A stretch of DNA of 64,000 bases, taken from Oligoflexales bacterium. GTDB taxonomy: Bacteria > Bdellovibrionota_B > Oligoflexia > Oligoflexales > RGVZ01. This document shows positions 36,484 to 46,447 of the stretch, piece by piece. The stretch's first letter is position 1. The number at the start of each line of letters is the position of its first letter. The translations under genes were made by a program, and so were the position numbers. The stretch lies in NCBI GenBank assembly GCA_044360315.1, contig JBIKKO010000003.1, forward strand, positions 1,301 through 65,300, written 5' to 3'. A model generated the notes under the pieces. That model was not told the DNA's origin. It did no database searches and saw only the letters and a list, made by a program, of their open reading frames with translations.

Positions 36484-37977
36484 ATGTGGAAACAAATGGG
36501 AACTGAGTTTAAGGTGGGCGTGTTTACCATCGTCGCACTACTTACGCTCGGCTATATGCTGTTTGTCTTAAATCCAAATATCTTGAAGGATGCAACACGC
36601 AAACAGTACTACACAGTGCTAAAGGATGCGGCCGGTATTATCCCTAAGACACACGTCAAAACCAATGGCGTCACGATTGGTAAAGTGAAGTCGGTAGAGC
36701 TCGATATCAATAACACAAAAATTGTAGTTGAAGTTGATAGTCATGTTAAGTTGCCAGTTGGCAGTAAGATTGAAGTTCGCACCCGTGGTTTGCTCGGTGA
36801 CGTATACTTGGAAATCATGCGATCAGAAGATACAGGGGAATACATTCCTGAAGGTGGGTTGCTACCGAAGTCAGACGAAAACATGGACATGCAGGGTGTG
36901 ATGTCTTTGCTGGGGAATATCGGTAAAGACGTTAAGAAGATTACAGGGACGCTTTCAAACGTAGTTGGAAATGAAGAAGGCGAACGGTCACTACGAAACA
37001 TTCTGGATAATATAGAGACGTTATCTGCAGACCTGCGATCCACAGGATCGTCCATTCGCGGTGCAATTGGTGATAACCCTGAAGGGATGAAAAATATCAT
37101 CCAGAACTTGGATAAATCTCTTGCGAATCTTAAGAAAATCACTGGTACATTGGGTGACGTTCTTGATGATTCCAATAAAGAGAAGCTGAATAGAATCATT
37201 GCATCCTTTGATGACAGCATGCTTGAGGTCAAAGGCGCTACGAAAAACATCCGTTTGATCAGTGAAAAGATTGAAAAAGGTGAAGGAACCATCGGTAAAC
37301 TTGTCAATGATGATACGGCGATTCAAGAGATTGAGTCTGCTGTGAAAGAGCTGCGTGAAGTTCTTTCGCCAGCAACCAAAATGCAGATTATGGTCGATAC
37401 GCATGGGGAGGGTCGTGCTGATAAAAGCGGACAGACGTACTTCAATGTTATCTTCAAGACGAGGCCTGATCGATTTTATTTAGTTGGGATGACCGACGTA
37501 CAGGAAGGGGTCCGAGATACAAAAACGGAAGAATTGGACACAAGTCCAGCCGATGGCGACGCTCCAGCGTCTAACACCACCCGAGAACGGATTACCGAGC
37601 GGAAGTCAATTCGCTTCAATCTCCAGCTTGCAAAACGTTGGTACTTCTTGACGGCTCGCCTAGGGCTCTTCGAGAGTACTGGTGGTGGAGCGTTAGACGT
37701 ACATTTTTTCCGCGATCGTGTCCGATTCTCGCTTGAGGCATTTGACTTTAAGAGCAACGACAATGAGTGGAGGCGTGTGGCGCGGCTGAAAGCATATATG
37801 CAGGTTCTATTTTTAGATCACATTTATCTGATGGCTGGCGTCGACGATATCACGCGTAAAAGAAATCCTAGGACATATGAAGAGCAAAAAGGGCCGGTTC
37901 CATTTGGAGGGCTAGGCCTCGCCTTCAATGATCATGATCTGAAGGCTTTATTTGGTGCAGCTGCACTGGCGCGATAG
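36484..37977 (+). CDS. mlaD: MCE/MlaD-domain protein with long C-terminal extension
   Basis: 497 aa with an N-terminal TM (VGVFTIVALLTLGYMLFVL). MCE domain (GVTIGKVKSVELD...VEVDSHVKLPVGSKIEVRTRGLLGDVYLEI). Confidence 0.8.
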   Translation: MWKQMGTEFKVGVFTIVALLTLGYMLFVLNPNILKDATRKQYYTVLKDAAGIIPKTHVKTNGVTIGKVKSVELDINNTKIVVEVDSHVKLPVGSKIEVRTRGLLGDVYLEIMRSEDTGEYIPEGGLLPKSDENMDMQGVMSLLGNIGKDVKKITGTLSNVVGNEEGERSLRNILDNIETLSADLRSTGSSIRGAIGDNPEGMKNIIQNLDKSLANLKKITGTLGDVLDDSNKEKLNRIIASFDDSMLEVKGATKNIRLISEKIEKGEGTIGKLVNDDTAIQEIESAVKELREVLSPATKMQIMVDTHGEGRADKSGQTYFNVIFKTRPDRFYLVGMTDVQEGVRDTKTEELDTSPADGDAPASNTTRERITERKSIRFNLQLAKRWYFLTARLGLFESTGGGALDVHFFRDRVRFSLEAFDFKSNDNEWRRVARLKAYMQVLFLDHIYLMAGVDDITRKRNPRTYEEQKGPVPFGGLGLAFNDHDLKALFGAAALAR

Positions 37978-38006
37978 ACCTGTAAGCTATGCGGCGGGCC
38001 TCATCG

Positions 38007-38669
38007 TCAGAGTGTGCCAGACCATTTTCGGTGAGGTTTATCCAATTCAAGAGTGAATGCATCTCCCAGCTTCATGGGGCCTACACCGGCGGGGGTCCCT
38101 GTGAAAATGAGATCGCCAGGAAGAAGTGTATTAAAGGATGCAAGAAACCTGATCAAAAAGGGAACGTCAAAGATCATGTCGGCTGTGGTGCCGATTTGTT
38201 TCAACTCGTCATTGAGGAAGAACTTAAAGTTAAACACGGTTTGCCCCTCGCAGTCAGACAGCTTCAGCAATGGACTGACAACAGAAGATCCCGAAAAGCT
38301 TTTGGCTAACGTCCAAGGTAATCCTTGAGCTTTCAACGTTGCCTGAGTCTCACGGCGTGTTAGATCGAGCCCCAGCCCAATAGCGTCAACGGCTTGCCAG
38401 CCTGAAGTGACCGTACCGACCGGTACGGTTTGGCCAATCCTAAGGACCAGCTCGGCTTCGTGGTGAAATGACTCATTTGCGAAGGCCATTTGACCTTGGG
38501 TCAAAGACCGTAGGGACGCCGGTGCCTTTAAAAATACAACAGGGGCTCCCTCTGGGATTGGGTTGCCAAGCTCGCGTGCATGTTCTCGATAGTTTCGGCC
38601 AATCCCATAAATTGTGGGGACTGCTGCTGGGCCAAAACCTTCAATGGTTATATGGGGTTGCATATGCAT
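38007..38669 (-). CDS. fumarylacetoacetate hydrolase (FAH) family protein
   Basis: 220 aa. YGIGRNYREHARELGN, HHEAELVLRIG, DLTRRETQ and LLPGDLIFTGTPAGVGP. Confidence 0.85.
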   Translation of the reverse strand: MHMQPHITIEGFGPAAVPTIYGIGRNYREHARELGNPIPEGAPVVFLKAPASLRSLTQGQMAFANESFHHEAELVLRIGQTVPVGTVTSGWQAVDAIGLGLDLTRRETQATLKAQGLPWTLAKSFSGSSVVSPLLKLSDCEGQTVFNFKFFLNDELKQIGTTADMIFDVPFLIRFLASFNTLLPGDLIFTGTPAGVGPMKLGDAFTLELDKPHRKWSGTL

Positions 38670-38928
38670 TGCCTTACTGGTTTCAGTTTCTTCCTCGGTT
38701 ACATAAATCCGTTCGTCACGGACAAATGTAGCTAAATTTATCGTTAATGAACATGGATTTAGCTGATTTGCGGATCAGTATGTGTTTGAGCGAAGGGAGT
38801 TTAAGCAGGCTATCTGCGGCAGGGGTTTTGTAAGTACTTAATTTTATTGTTATATTTTGAAATTTGGTAAGTTCACCCCGCTCTTTCTATAGAATCAATT
38901 AAAAATAAAAATAACTTTATAAAATATC

Positions 38929-38956
38929 TTTACAAAGTCATAAAATAATGTATAAG
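38929..38956 (+). promoter_or_regulatory. sigma70-like promoter candidate for the 39032 gene
   Basis: TTTACA (38929-38934), 16 nt, TATAAG (38951-38956), within a ~360-bp AT-rich intergenic region about 75 nt upstream of ATG 39032. Confidence 0.35.
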
Positions 38957-39031
38957 GATGTTAAGTCTTCTGATTTTTCGGGAGGCGAGCTGAAGCTGTA
39001 GTTGATTAATTCTTGCTGTTGAGGTGTTTGC

Positions 39032-40042
39032 ATGAAGATGAACCGAGTTCGCTCCTATCGGCTTTTACCCAGTAAAATGCACCTGGCATCTGCCGTCATT
39101 TTGATTGGCGGGGTGGTTGGTTTTAGTTCCATTGCTATTTCTTCAGGTGAGCATGCGGCTGCTCCTGTTCACGAGCAACCTACAGCCACGACTACCATGA
39201 ATGAAATCTCCGATGGCTCCGTCGTTGATCTGGGCGAGGGTCTCTCCATAGCGCCGATTGCCGGTTGGAGCATCCAGCGCAAAGCTTTGGGAATGAGTCT
39301 TGTCATGAAAGAAGTTCTACCGGCGCAGACCGGTGACGTGGATTATTCAAAGCCGATCTTTGCTCGTAATTTAACCGTCATGACCATGCCATCGGCCCGA
39401 CCGATTGATGAGGCTTCCGTTGCGGAGTTAAAGGCCGAGATAGGCAATATGTTTGCCAAAGATTCTTCCTTGAAAGACTTTGCGTTCACCGATCACAGAT
39501 TTTTTGATTACAAAGGAAAAAACGACGGTTTGATTTTGTTTTCCCAGCTTACGGTCAATAATTATCCAATGATGCAGATGCAGGTGATCGTTTCGGGCGA
39601 GGCAAAGTCTTATTTGATGACTTACAGTGATCTTGCGAGCAACTTTGCCAATCCGGCAAGCTACGATGCTGCTTGGAAGTCAATGACCTCGATACAGGTT
39701 TCAGGGATCGCGCCAAAGCGTTATCAGCGTGAGCTGATGATTGGCGGTGGGGTGGTCGGTGTGTTGTTGGCTATCATCTTACCGTTTTTCTTTGTCCGCT
39801 GGATGAATGCGAGAAGGATTCGTCGTTTTGCCGATGAATTACAGCATGACTGGGATACGGGAGCCTCGAAGTCCGATCTAGACTATGATCTAAGTCAGCA
39901 TGAGGCACTTAGCCAAACGCAGACTGCCCGCAAGAAAAGCAAGGCAGTGGCCAAAGGATCTAAGACTAAAGACTTCGACTTGGACGTGAGTGCATTCTCA
40001 AGCGTGAGTGCATGCAGCACGAGGCACAGTCAGTTCGCTTAA
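39032..40042 (+). CDS. hypothetical bitopic membrane protein
   Basis: 336 aa with an N-terminal anchor (LASAVILIGGVVGFSSIAI) and a second TM (GGGVVGVLLAIILPFFFV), followed by a charged tail. No family recognised. Confidence 0.65.
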   Translation: MKMNRVRSYRLLPSKMHLASAVILIGGVVGFSSIAISSGEHAAAPVHEQPTATTTMNEISDGSVVDLGEGLSIAPIAGWSIQRKALGMSLVMKEVLPAQTGDVDYSKPIFARNLTVMTMPSARPIDEASVAELKAEIGNMFAKDSSLKDFAFTDHRFFDYKGKNDGLILFSQLTVNNYPMMQMQVIVSGEAKSYLMTYSDLASNFANPASYDAAWKSMTSIQVSGIAPKRYQRELMIGGGVVGVLLAIILPFFFVRWMNARRIRRFADELQHDWDTGASKSDLDYDLSQHEALSQTQTARKKSKAVAKGSKTKDFDLDVSAFSSVSACSTRHSQFA

Positions 40043-40101
40043 GAAGAAGCTCTGTAACTGCACCATCCAAACATCTTGTCGGCCTTAGTCGACCCCAGCG
40101 T

Positions 40102-40150
40102 AAACAACCAGGATCATCATCGGAAATGATGCGTCCTGGTTGTTTTGTTT
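40102..40150 (+). terminator. rho-independent terminator (long hairpin)
   Basis: AAACAACCAGGA ... TCCTGGTTGTTT is a perfect 12-bp stem enclosing an inner CATCAT/ATGATG stem, followed by TGTTT. Confidence 0.75.
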
Positions 40151-40254
40151 CTAGAATGAGATTTCCGGTGAAAATCGGTGCGTTCGATCGCGCACGGGGA
40201 TTTCTCTGTCTGGTTCGGGGTTCCTAATATTGATTGAAAAGTCCCTCGCTAACT

Positions 40255-41064
40255 TTATTTTGGCAATACAACTTCAATCGTCGTATCACTAATGGCTTCA
40301 GGGATCCCTTGAGTCATGGCTAGCTCAGGAAGCGATTGACTCTTAGTCGCGCTTCCATCGACGACCGAGCCAGCGGGCCACTGACCTACGAAAAAGTCGG
40401 TTCCACACTGTACTGTCATTTTGCTGCACTCGATGCGGCTGGCATCGCTTTTTATCACGTTAGCGAAGGCGCACGATCCAGATGTCGGGAGGGTGCCGAT
40501 CTCAAGCTTGGCCACGTTGTTTGGAAGGGCCGGTAGGCAGCCAATGAGGCACGTGCAGATGCCTGAGAAGGCTTTTGGTCCTTTGAGAGTCGTTGCGAGC
40601 TGCCAAGCGGTCACTTGAGGTTTTGTCGGGTCGGTGGAGGGTTTGGCATATAACTGCTGCACGAAAGCCCGTCCTGAGAGTTTACCTTGATCGCTAGAAA
40701 TGATGATGCGACGGGCATTGTACATGAGGCCATCGGCTTCAAACCAACTGCCCACACTCGCATCATTTTTGTTACCCATGATCTGAAGGTCACAGCGATC
40801 GTCTTTCCGAACGTTCTGTGTCATAAAATTCAACATCTTGCCCTCGGTCTTTGTCCCCGATGTGTTCTCGTTACCACAACCAGTTAAAGTGTAAACTAAT
40901 TCGGGGCGATTCCAGTCTGCGTCTGACATGCCAACTACATGGATATCAACAGCCACGGGGTCCCCAGAAACTGCCTGGGGACGCAAACCTGTGCGGCAAG
41001 CGGCAAGCGCGATGAATGAGGTGACTGTCAAGGCGGTCATCCCAGGTCGTTTCAGCAATTCCAT
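40255..41064 (-). CDS. hypothetical lipoprotein
   Basis: 269 aa with lipobox SFIALAAC and several Cys residues. No family recognised. Confidence 0.65.
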   Translation of the reverse strand: MELLKRPGMTALTVTSFIALAACRTGLRPQAVSGDPVAVDIHVVGMSDADWNRPELVYTLTGCGNENTSGTKTEGKMLNFMTQNVRKDDRCDLQIMGNKNDASVGSWFEADGLMYNARRIIISSDQGKLSGRAFVQQLYAKPSTDPTKPQVTAWQLATTLKGPKAFSGICTCLIGCLPALPNNVAKLEIGTLPTSGSCAFANVIKSDASRIECSKMTVQCGTDFFVGQWPAGSVVDGSATKSQSLPELAMTQGIPEAISDTTIEVVLPK

Positions 41065-41197
41065 GTTTTGGTCTCCAGATGAAAAATTAGACTCTCCTTA
41101 GTTTATTATGTTCCGGTTATTTGACCAAGGAGTTGACGCCTTTCGCACTGGCTGGCAAAGTGGTAAGAATTATAAAAATGAGTAACTCAGTTAATGA

Positions 41198-42175
41198 TTG
41201 CGGAAGGTTGCTATGGCGTTAATAGAGGTGCGGGGGGTTTCCAAATTTTATGGTCCGCATGCGGCCGTAAGAGACGTGAGCTTTGACATCAATGAAGGCG
41301 AAATTGTTGGTCTTCTGGGGCTGAATGGGGCAGGCAAGAGTACAATCCTTAAAATGCTTGGTACGTTTCTTTTGCCGTCATCTGGCTCGGCGATGATGGG
41401 AGGATTCTGTGTTGAAGAGCATGCCGATCAGGTCCGGGAATTGATCGGTTACCTGCCAGATCAGCCGCCTTTATACGACGAGATGAGGGTTGTGCCCTAT
41501 CTTCGATATGTAGCCCAGTTAAAGAATGTTCCAGCCCAGGTTATCGATGAGCGCGTTGCCAGTGTTCTGGTTAAGACGAACCTCGAGGACGTTGCATGGC
41601 AAACCCTCGGTGAATTGTCACATGGATTCAGGCAGAGGGTAGGTATCGCTCAGGCTCTTATTCATAATCCACGGATTATAATTTTGGATGAGCCAATCAA
41701 CGGGCTCGATCCTGTTCAGATCGTGGAAATGCGCGATCTGATATTATCTTTGCGCGGAAAACACACAGTTATTCTATCGAGTCATATTCTTTCCGAGATC
41801 ACCAGAACGTGTGATCGGATTCTCATTATTGATAAAGGGCGACTTGTGGCTGAGGGGCAGGAGGCGGAGCTGGATAAAGCCTATGCGCGCGCGATGCGTG
41901 TGGTCGCAGTATTCCGGGGTGATATGAACCCAGCGCAGCTTAAGAGCATCAAAGGTGTGAAGGATGTCGTTTTAGCAAAAGGCGTTGAGCCGAACAGTAT
42001 GATCGCAACGATTGAGAGTGATGGTGACGTGCGTGCAGAACTTGCACGTATCATGATTGCCGCGGGCGTTGAGTTACTTGAGTTGGGCCGCGATGGCGAT
42101 GGTTTGGAGGCAATTTTTATGAACTTGGTCCGTTCGTCAAACACAGGAAACGCCAAAGGGGGGGCTCATGCTTAA
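41198..42175 (+). CDS. ABC transporter ATP-binding protein (GldA-type, ABC-2 subfamily)
   Basis: Walker A GLNGAGKST, signature LSHGFRQRVGIAQAL, Walker B IILDEPINGLDP. ATG 41213 (MALIEVRGV) is the more likely start than TTG 41198. Confidence 0.85.
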   Translation: MRKVAMALIEVRGVSKFYGPHAAVRDVSFDINEGEIVGLLGLNGAGKSTILKMLGTFLLPSSGSAMMGGFCVEEHADQVRELIGYLPDQPPLYDEMRVVPYLRYVAQLKNVPAQVIDERVASVLVKTNLEDVAWQTLGELSHGFRQRVGIAQALIHNPRIIILDEPINGLDPVQIVEMRDLILSLRGKHTVILSSHILSEITRTCDRILIIDKGRLVAEGQEAELDKAYARAMRVVAVFRGDMNPAQLKSIKGVKDVVLAKGVEPNSMIATIESDGDVRAELARIMIAAGVELLELGRDGDGLEAIFMNLVRSSNTGNAKGGAHA

Positions 42176-42896
42176 GACTTGGCAAGTGGCTCGGCGAGAG
42201 CTCGGAGCATTTTTTAACACTTGGATGGGATATGTGATCATAGCTGCAGTTTTGATTATCGACGGCTTGCTATTTAATGCATTTGCCGTTGGTAATGAGC
42301 CCAAGCTTTCAGCCGAGGTTTTAGCTGACTTTTTCTATTTTGCCAGTGGGATGAGTATGGTTGCTGGGATATTCTTGGCGATGAGGCTCATGGCTGAGGA
42401 AAAGCAAAATGGGACGATTGTTCTATTGTTTTCATCGCCGATCTCAGAGCGCCAAGTTATTTATGGGAAATTTATCTCAGCATTATTGTTTGCAGGGGTT
42501 TTGCATCTGGTGTCCTTGTATATGCCAGCTTTGATTCTGGTTCACGGTAAGATTTCGATGGGACATGTGATCGCGGGATATCTGTGTTTGATGCTGCTCA
42601 GTGCGGTGACGATATCGATCACTCTGTTCTCCTCGACCCTTGCGCCAAATCAACTTGTGGCGGCAGTTGGCGGTGGTTTCTTGACTGTCGTTTTATTGAC
42701 CATGTGGATGCTGGCCAAAGTTGTTGATCAGCCTTTCAAGGATATTTTTGGATGGTTGTCGATTCACAATGATCATTTTACTCCGTTTAGCAATGGAATT
42801 GTGAACCTCCAGGATCTGGTGTTTTACGTTGGTCTTGTGGTTTTCTTTTTAGAGTGTTCGACGCGTGCGCTTATTGGTCGTCGTTGTCAAGGATAG
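42168..42896 (+). CDS. ABC-2 type permease (GldF-like)
   Basis: 242 aa with 6 TM helices. 8-nt overlap with the ATPase gene. Confidence 0.75.
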   Translation: MLKTWQVARRELGAFFNTWMGYVIIAAVLIIDGLLFNAFAVGNEPKLSAEVLADFFYFASGMSMVAGIFLAMRLMAEEKQNGTIVLLFSSPISERQVIYGKFISALLFAGVLHLVSLYMPALILVHGKISMGHVIAGYLCLMLLSAVTISITLFSSTLAPNQLVAAVGGGFLTVVLLTMWMLAKVVDQPFKDIFGWLSIHNDHFTPFSNGIVNLQDLVFYVGLVVFFLECSTRALIGRRCQG

Positions 42897-42922
42897 TGAG
42901 CCGAATATGAGAGGAACGTGAC

Positions 42923-44830
42923 ATGAATCGTCGCTTTTTGGAAGTCTTTAGGTTGATTTCAACTGTTCTCGGTGCCGTCTTGTTTTTTACAGGAGAGCGC
43001 TATTTTCAAACCGTAGGAGCTCACTGGTGGTTGACCGGGGCGGGGCTCGTTTTGTTGAGTTTAGGAATTGCATTGGCTGTGTCCTGTTTGAGGCAGGCTC
43101 ACAAGCACGGTAATGTTCGCGAGGAGCCATCTTGGCGGTTGGCCGTTTTGTGGCAGTTGCTAATTCTTGGATCTGCTTTGTTGTATTTAATCTATGCCAA
43201 GGCTCTGGGAACAAAACCAGCGCCTACAACGATCCTTGAAAAGTCTCTTTTGGCAGCTTGGTTGCTGTTTGCTGTGGTTGGATTTTTTATGGGGATTGGG
43301 ACGGAGTGGTCCCAAACTCGTAATGGTCGCGGCCCGTATGCGGAGCCTCGGAGGGTTTTGATGTCTACCCGCGGGTGGCTGAAGGTTGGTATATTGGCCG
43401 TGGTGATTGGGTGTTTAAATTACGTGGCTGTTAAACGTAATGTAGTATGGGATCTTAGCTATTTGAAGACCACGTCGGTGAGTGAGTCCACAAAATCGAT
43501 TGCAGATGGATTGGATCAAAGTGTTGAGGTGGGTGTTTTTTTTCCTCAGGGCAATGAAGTGCTTTCTCAGGCTCGTCTTTATTTCAATGACCTTGCCAGG
43601 AAGTCGGCTCAAATCAAGCTTTCATACTATGACGTGGAATTACAGCCTTTGGCTGCAGAATCCTTTAAAGTCAGTCGGAATGGATATGTAGTCGTGAAAG
43701 CCGGTGACCAAACTGAGCGGTTTGACCTGGGTTTGACGCTCACGTCAGCGAGAAAAATACTTCGCAACATGGATGCTGAGTTCCAGAAAGCCTTACTGGC
43801 TGCGACTGAAAAGCGGAAGGTTCTTTATTTTACGAGGGGTCACGGTGAGTTGTCTTGGACTTCAGGTGAAGACGACTCGGGTCTCAAGTCCATCAAGCTT
43901 CTTGAAGCGTTTTTGAGACAACAAAATTATACGATTCGTTTCTTTGGTTTGTCTGAGGGAGCTGCCAAGGAAGTGCCACAGGATGCCGATGCTGTGGTTA
44001 TCGTTGGTGGCGACCAACCGTTTATGGAAGAAGAGGTCGTAACACTCAAAAATTTCGTAGATCGTGGCGGGAAATTATTTGTTCTGTTGGATGTCGATAT
44101 GCCAACCGAAACGTCAATATCGCAAGGGGTACGGGATGCTGCAAAGGACCCGCTTGTGCGTTGGTTGGCGACCATGGGCGCATCGTTTCAGTCCACAATT
44201 CTGGCAAATGCATCAAACTATGTGTCGGCGACGCGCTCTGAAGCCGATTCTTGGTTTTTATTCTCAAATGTATTCACATCTCACGAATCTGTGCAATCCC
44301 TCGCGCGAAATGAACAGCGAGCTGCTGTTTTGACATTTCGCTCTGGCTATCTTAAGACGGCCCAGGATATAAACGGCTGGTCAGTATTCGACACAGTCCG
44401 TAGTTTGTCTGACACATTTGCTGACGAAAATCGCGACTTCAAATTTACGGAAGGCAAAGAAAAGCGAGAGCCTCGTACCATCGGCGTCGCCGTAGAGCAA
44501 AAGTTAAATAGTGATGGAGCAGATGCGTCTGAACGTAAAATCAAAGGACGGGTCGTGGTTTTCAGTGATGCCACCGTGGTCAGTGACCCGCTGGTTCGCA
44601 ACCAGGCTAATCTTGTGTATTTTGTGGATGCTCTACGATGGCTTGTTGGGGAGTCAACGGCGAAGGGTGTCGCTTCAACGGAAGAAGATGTGCGCATTCG
44701 TCACACAAAAAAGGAAGACATGCTTTGGTTTTACGGGACGATTGTGTTTGTTCCGGGTTTAGTCTTGATTTCAGGAGCAATTGCCACGCGCCGCGCGAAG
44801 CGGCAGCGGCGGTCGGAGGTCAATAAATAA
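42923..44830 (+). CDS. GldG-like ABC-transport auxiliary component with extra N-terminal polytopic region
   Basis: 635 aa. About 5 N-terminal TM helices, a large periplasmic domain, and a C-terminal TM (LWFYGTIVFVPGLVLISGAIA). The call rests on gene order after the GldA/GldF-like genes. Confidence 0.55.
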   Translation: MNRRFLEVFRLISTVLGAVLFFTGERYFQTVGAHWWLTGAGLVLLSLGIALAVSCLRQAHKHGNVREEPSWRLAVLWQLLILGSALLYLIYAKALGTKPAPTTILEKSLLAAWLLFAVVGFFMGIGTEWSQTRNGRGPYAEPRRVLMSTRGWLKVGILAVVIGCLNYVAVKRNVVWDLSYLKTTSVSESTKSIADGLDQSVEVGVFFPQGNEVLSQARLYFNDLARKSAQIKLSYYDVELQPLAAESFKVSRNGYVVVKAGDQTERFDLGLTLTSARKILRNMDAEFQKALLAATEKRKVLYFTRGHGELSWTSGEDDSGLKSIKLLEAFLRQQNYTIRFFGLSEGAAKEVPQDADAVVIVGGDQPFMEEEVVTLKNFVDRGGKLFVLLDVDMPTETSISQGVRDAAKDPLVRWLATMGASFQSTILANASNYVSATRSEADSWFLFSNVFTSHESVQSLARNEQRAAVLTFRSGYLKTAQDINGWSVFDTVRSLSDTFADENRDFKFTEGKEKREPRTIGVAVEQKLNSDGADASERKIKGRVVVFSDATVVSDPLVRNQANLVYFVDALRWLVGESTAKGVASTEEDVRIRHTKKEDMLWFYGTIVFVPGLVLISGAIATRRAKRQRRSEVNK

Positions 44831-45828
44831 TGAGAAATACGAAATCTGATTTGATTCCTTGGTTTGTCGCTTTGGTTTTGGCCCTAGGGTTGGCCTATTG
44901 GGCATCGATACCGGTCAATGATCAGGGGTCGACAAAAGTGGCTGTGGTTCGCCTAAAGGAGGCATCTGTAGCCTCGATTGAACTCGTAGCGGACGTTGGT
45001 AAAGTTGTGGCGACAAAGGCAAGTGACGCTTCCGGGCGTTGGTGGATCGCTGTAGATCGTTCGGGTGATTCAGCGCGCGCTGAAGGAACGGGAGACATAC
45101 TCAAAGAGAAGTTTATTGCATCAGAAAAATTCAAAGATTTCGTAGGTGATTTTTCCCCACTTGAGGCGATTCGCGTTGTTGGGAAGGTGAGTGATGACAA
45201 GCTGGCAGACTACGGGCTTAAAGATTCCAAGAAAACTCTCTTGGTCAAAGATTCTGTGGGTACACAGTTAATTGGGTTGACCATAGGCAAGACGCTGTAC
45301 GGCGGGCGAAATGTCTACGCATTGAATCAAAATGATGGAACGGTCGTGCTCCTTAGTGGTGATTTGGTGACAGATTTTGAAAGGCCTGAGTTGCGTTTTT
45401 TTGAGCGATCGTTGACATCTTTTAGTCCTGAAGACGTGCGTGCTGCAGAGGTTGCTGTCGGTGATAAGTCTAAACGTTTTACGCACTCGACCAAGGATGC
45501 AAAAGGCGCCAGCGTATGGACGCTTGACGGTGGTGATGGTTCGCAGTCGGCTCAGTTTGCATCATGGATGGAAAAGATGATGCAGCTGAAGGCTTCGGCT
45601 TATGCCTCCGAAGCTGATGAGTCGACTTTGAGCGCATTGCCTGTTTCCTTTGAGGTGCGTCTCGATGGGCAAAGCACAGCTGGTCAATTGATTCAAATCA
45701 AAAAGCGTCAAATCAATGGGACTTATGAATATTGGGCCTTTACGAGTCATTTGAAGTGGCATGTTAAGGTGGCGTCAACCCGTGCGGAAACTCTCGATAA
45801 GGACGTCCCGAAGATTCTTGAAGAGTGA
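44830..45828 (+). CDS. DUF4340-like membrane-anchored protein (usual fourth gene of GldA/F/G-type clusters)
   Basis: 332 aa with an N-terminal TM (LIPWFVALVLALGLAYWA). 1-nt overlap (TAATG) with the upstream gene. The family call is by context only. Confidence 0.45.
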   Translation: MRNTKSDLIPWFVALVLALGLAYWASIPVNDQGSTKVAVVRLKEASVASIELVADVGKVVATKASDASGRWWIAVDRSGDSARAEGTGDILKEKFIASEKFKDFVGDFSPLEAIRVVGKVSDDKLADYGLKDSKKTLLVKDSVGTQLIGLTIGKTLYGGRNVYALNQNDGTVVLLSGDLVTDFERPELRFFERSLTSFSPEDVRAAEVAVGDKSKRFTHSTKDAKGASVWTLDGGDGSQSAQFASWMEKMMQLKASAYASEADESTLSALPVSFEVRLDGQSTAGQLIQIKKRQINGTYEYWAFTSHLKWHVKVASTRAETLDKDVPKILEE

Positions 45829-45831
45829 CCA

Positions 45832-46075
45832 TCACAAGGCACGTTTGAGCGTGTGTTTGCCAGAATCAGTCCTAAAGAGTTTCGTGCGGGCTTTGCCATG
45901 TGGACTAAAGAGCTCGCAGGAATTTTTATAAACTGCCATGAATATTTTAAGAGGAGCTCCACCAGCAAAACGTGGCAGTACCAGTACCAATCTAAAACGT
46001 GTTTGCGCCAGTTTCGACATTAACTACCTGGAACAAATCATGAAGGAGGCAGGTCTAGTAAAATCAGAAAATTAG
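45832..46075 (+). mobile_element. ISAs1-family transposase remnant (aa ~70-100 fused to the last ~45 aa; DDE core deleted, frameshifted)
   Basis: Hand translation gives SQGTFERVFARISPKEFRAGFAMWTKEL (cf. YhhI [30 protein letters not shown], from memory). In another frame from 45935 it gives AMNILRGAPPAKRGSTSTNLKRVCASFDINYLEQIMKEAGLV* (cf. YhhI [39 protein letters not shown]). Confidence 0.65.
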
Positions 46076-46160
46076 AGTCAATCCTCTTAATCAAATAGAT
46101 TCCACAAAAAATTCAAAGAATGGCACAATGTCGCTGGCGGTCACGTGGTTTAGTGGGCTT

Positions 46161-46447
46161 ATGAATACGACCATTCCCAAATTCCGCCCTTCCCCCATTC
46201 CACGGTCAAAAAACTAAATTCCACCACGGTGAGCTTACTGATCGACTGATCGCTTGCGCCATCTCAGTCCACAAAGAGCGTGGGCCTGGTTTTCTCGAAC
46301 CAGTTTATAAAAGCAACTCGTCTGCAAGTTGGACTCCTTATCAATTTTTCAGCGGCTAAAATTCGTATCAGACGGGTGATTCGCAGCACCGAATCAAACG
46401 CTGAAGAAGGGAAGAACGGAAATAGGGAAAAGGAGTTGATAAATTAA
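46161..46447 (+). pseudogene. GxxExxY-family protein remnant (frameshifted, internally deleted)
   Basis: ATG 46161 opens a short frame ending in a stop. The shifted frame reads HGELTDRLIACAISVHKERGPGFLEPVYKSN, carrying the GxxExxY motif. A third frame reads LQVGLLINFSAAKIRIRRVI, the family-typical C-terminus. The middle of the ~125-aa protein is missing. Confidence 0.55.

Noticed and set aside
38670-39031. 360-bp strongly AT-rich intergenic region, considered as a possible island boundary or small-RNA locus.
   Set aside because: No repeats, att-like sequences, integrase or tRNA lie nearby. It sits between divergent genes and contains a plausible sigma70-type promoter, so ordinary divergent promoter DNA is the simplest reading.
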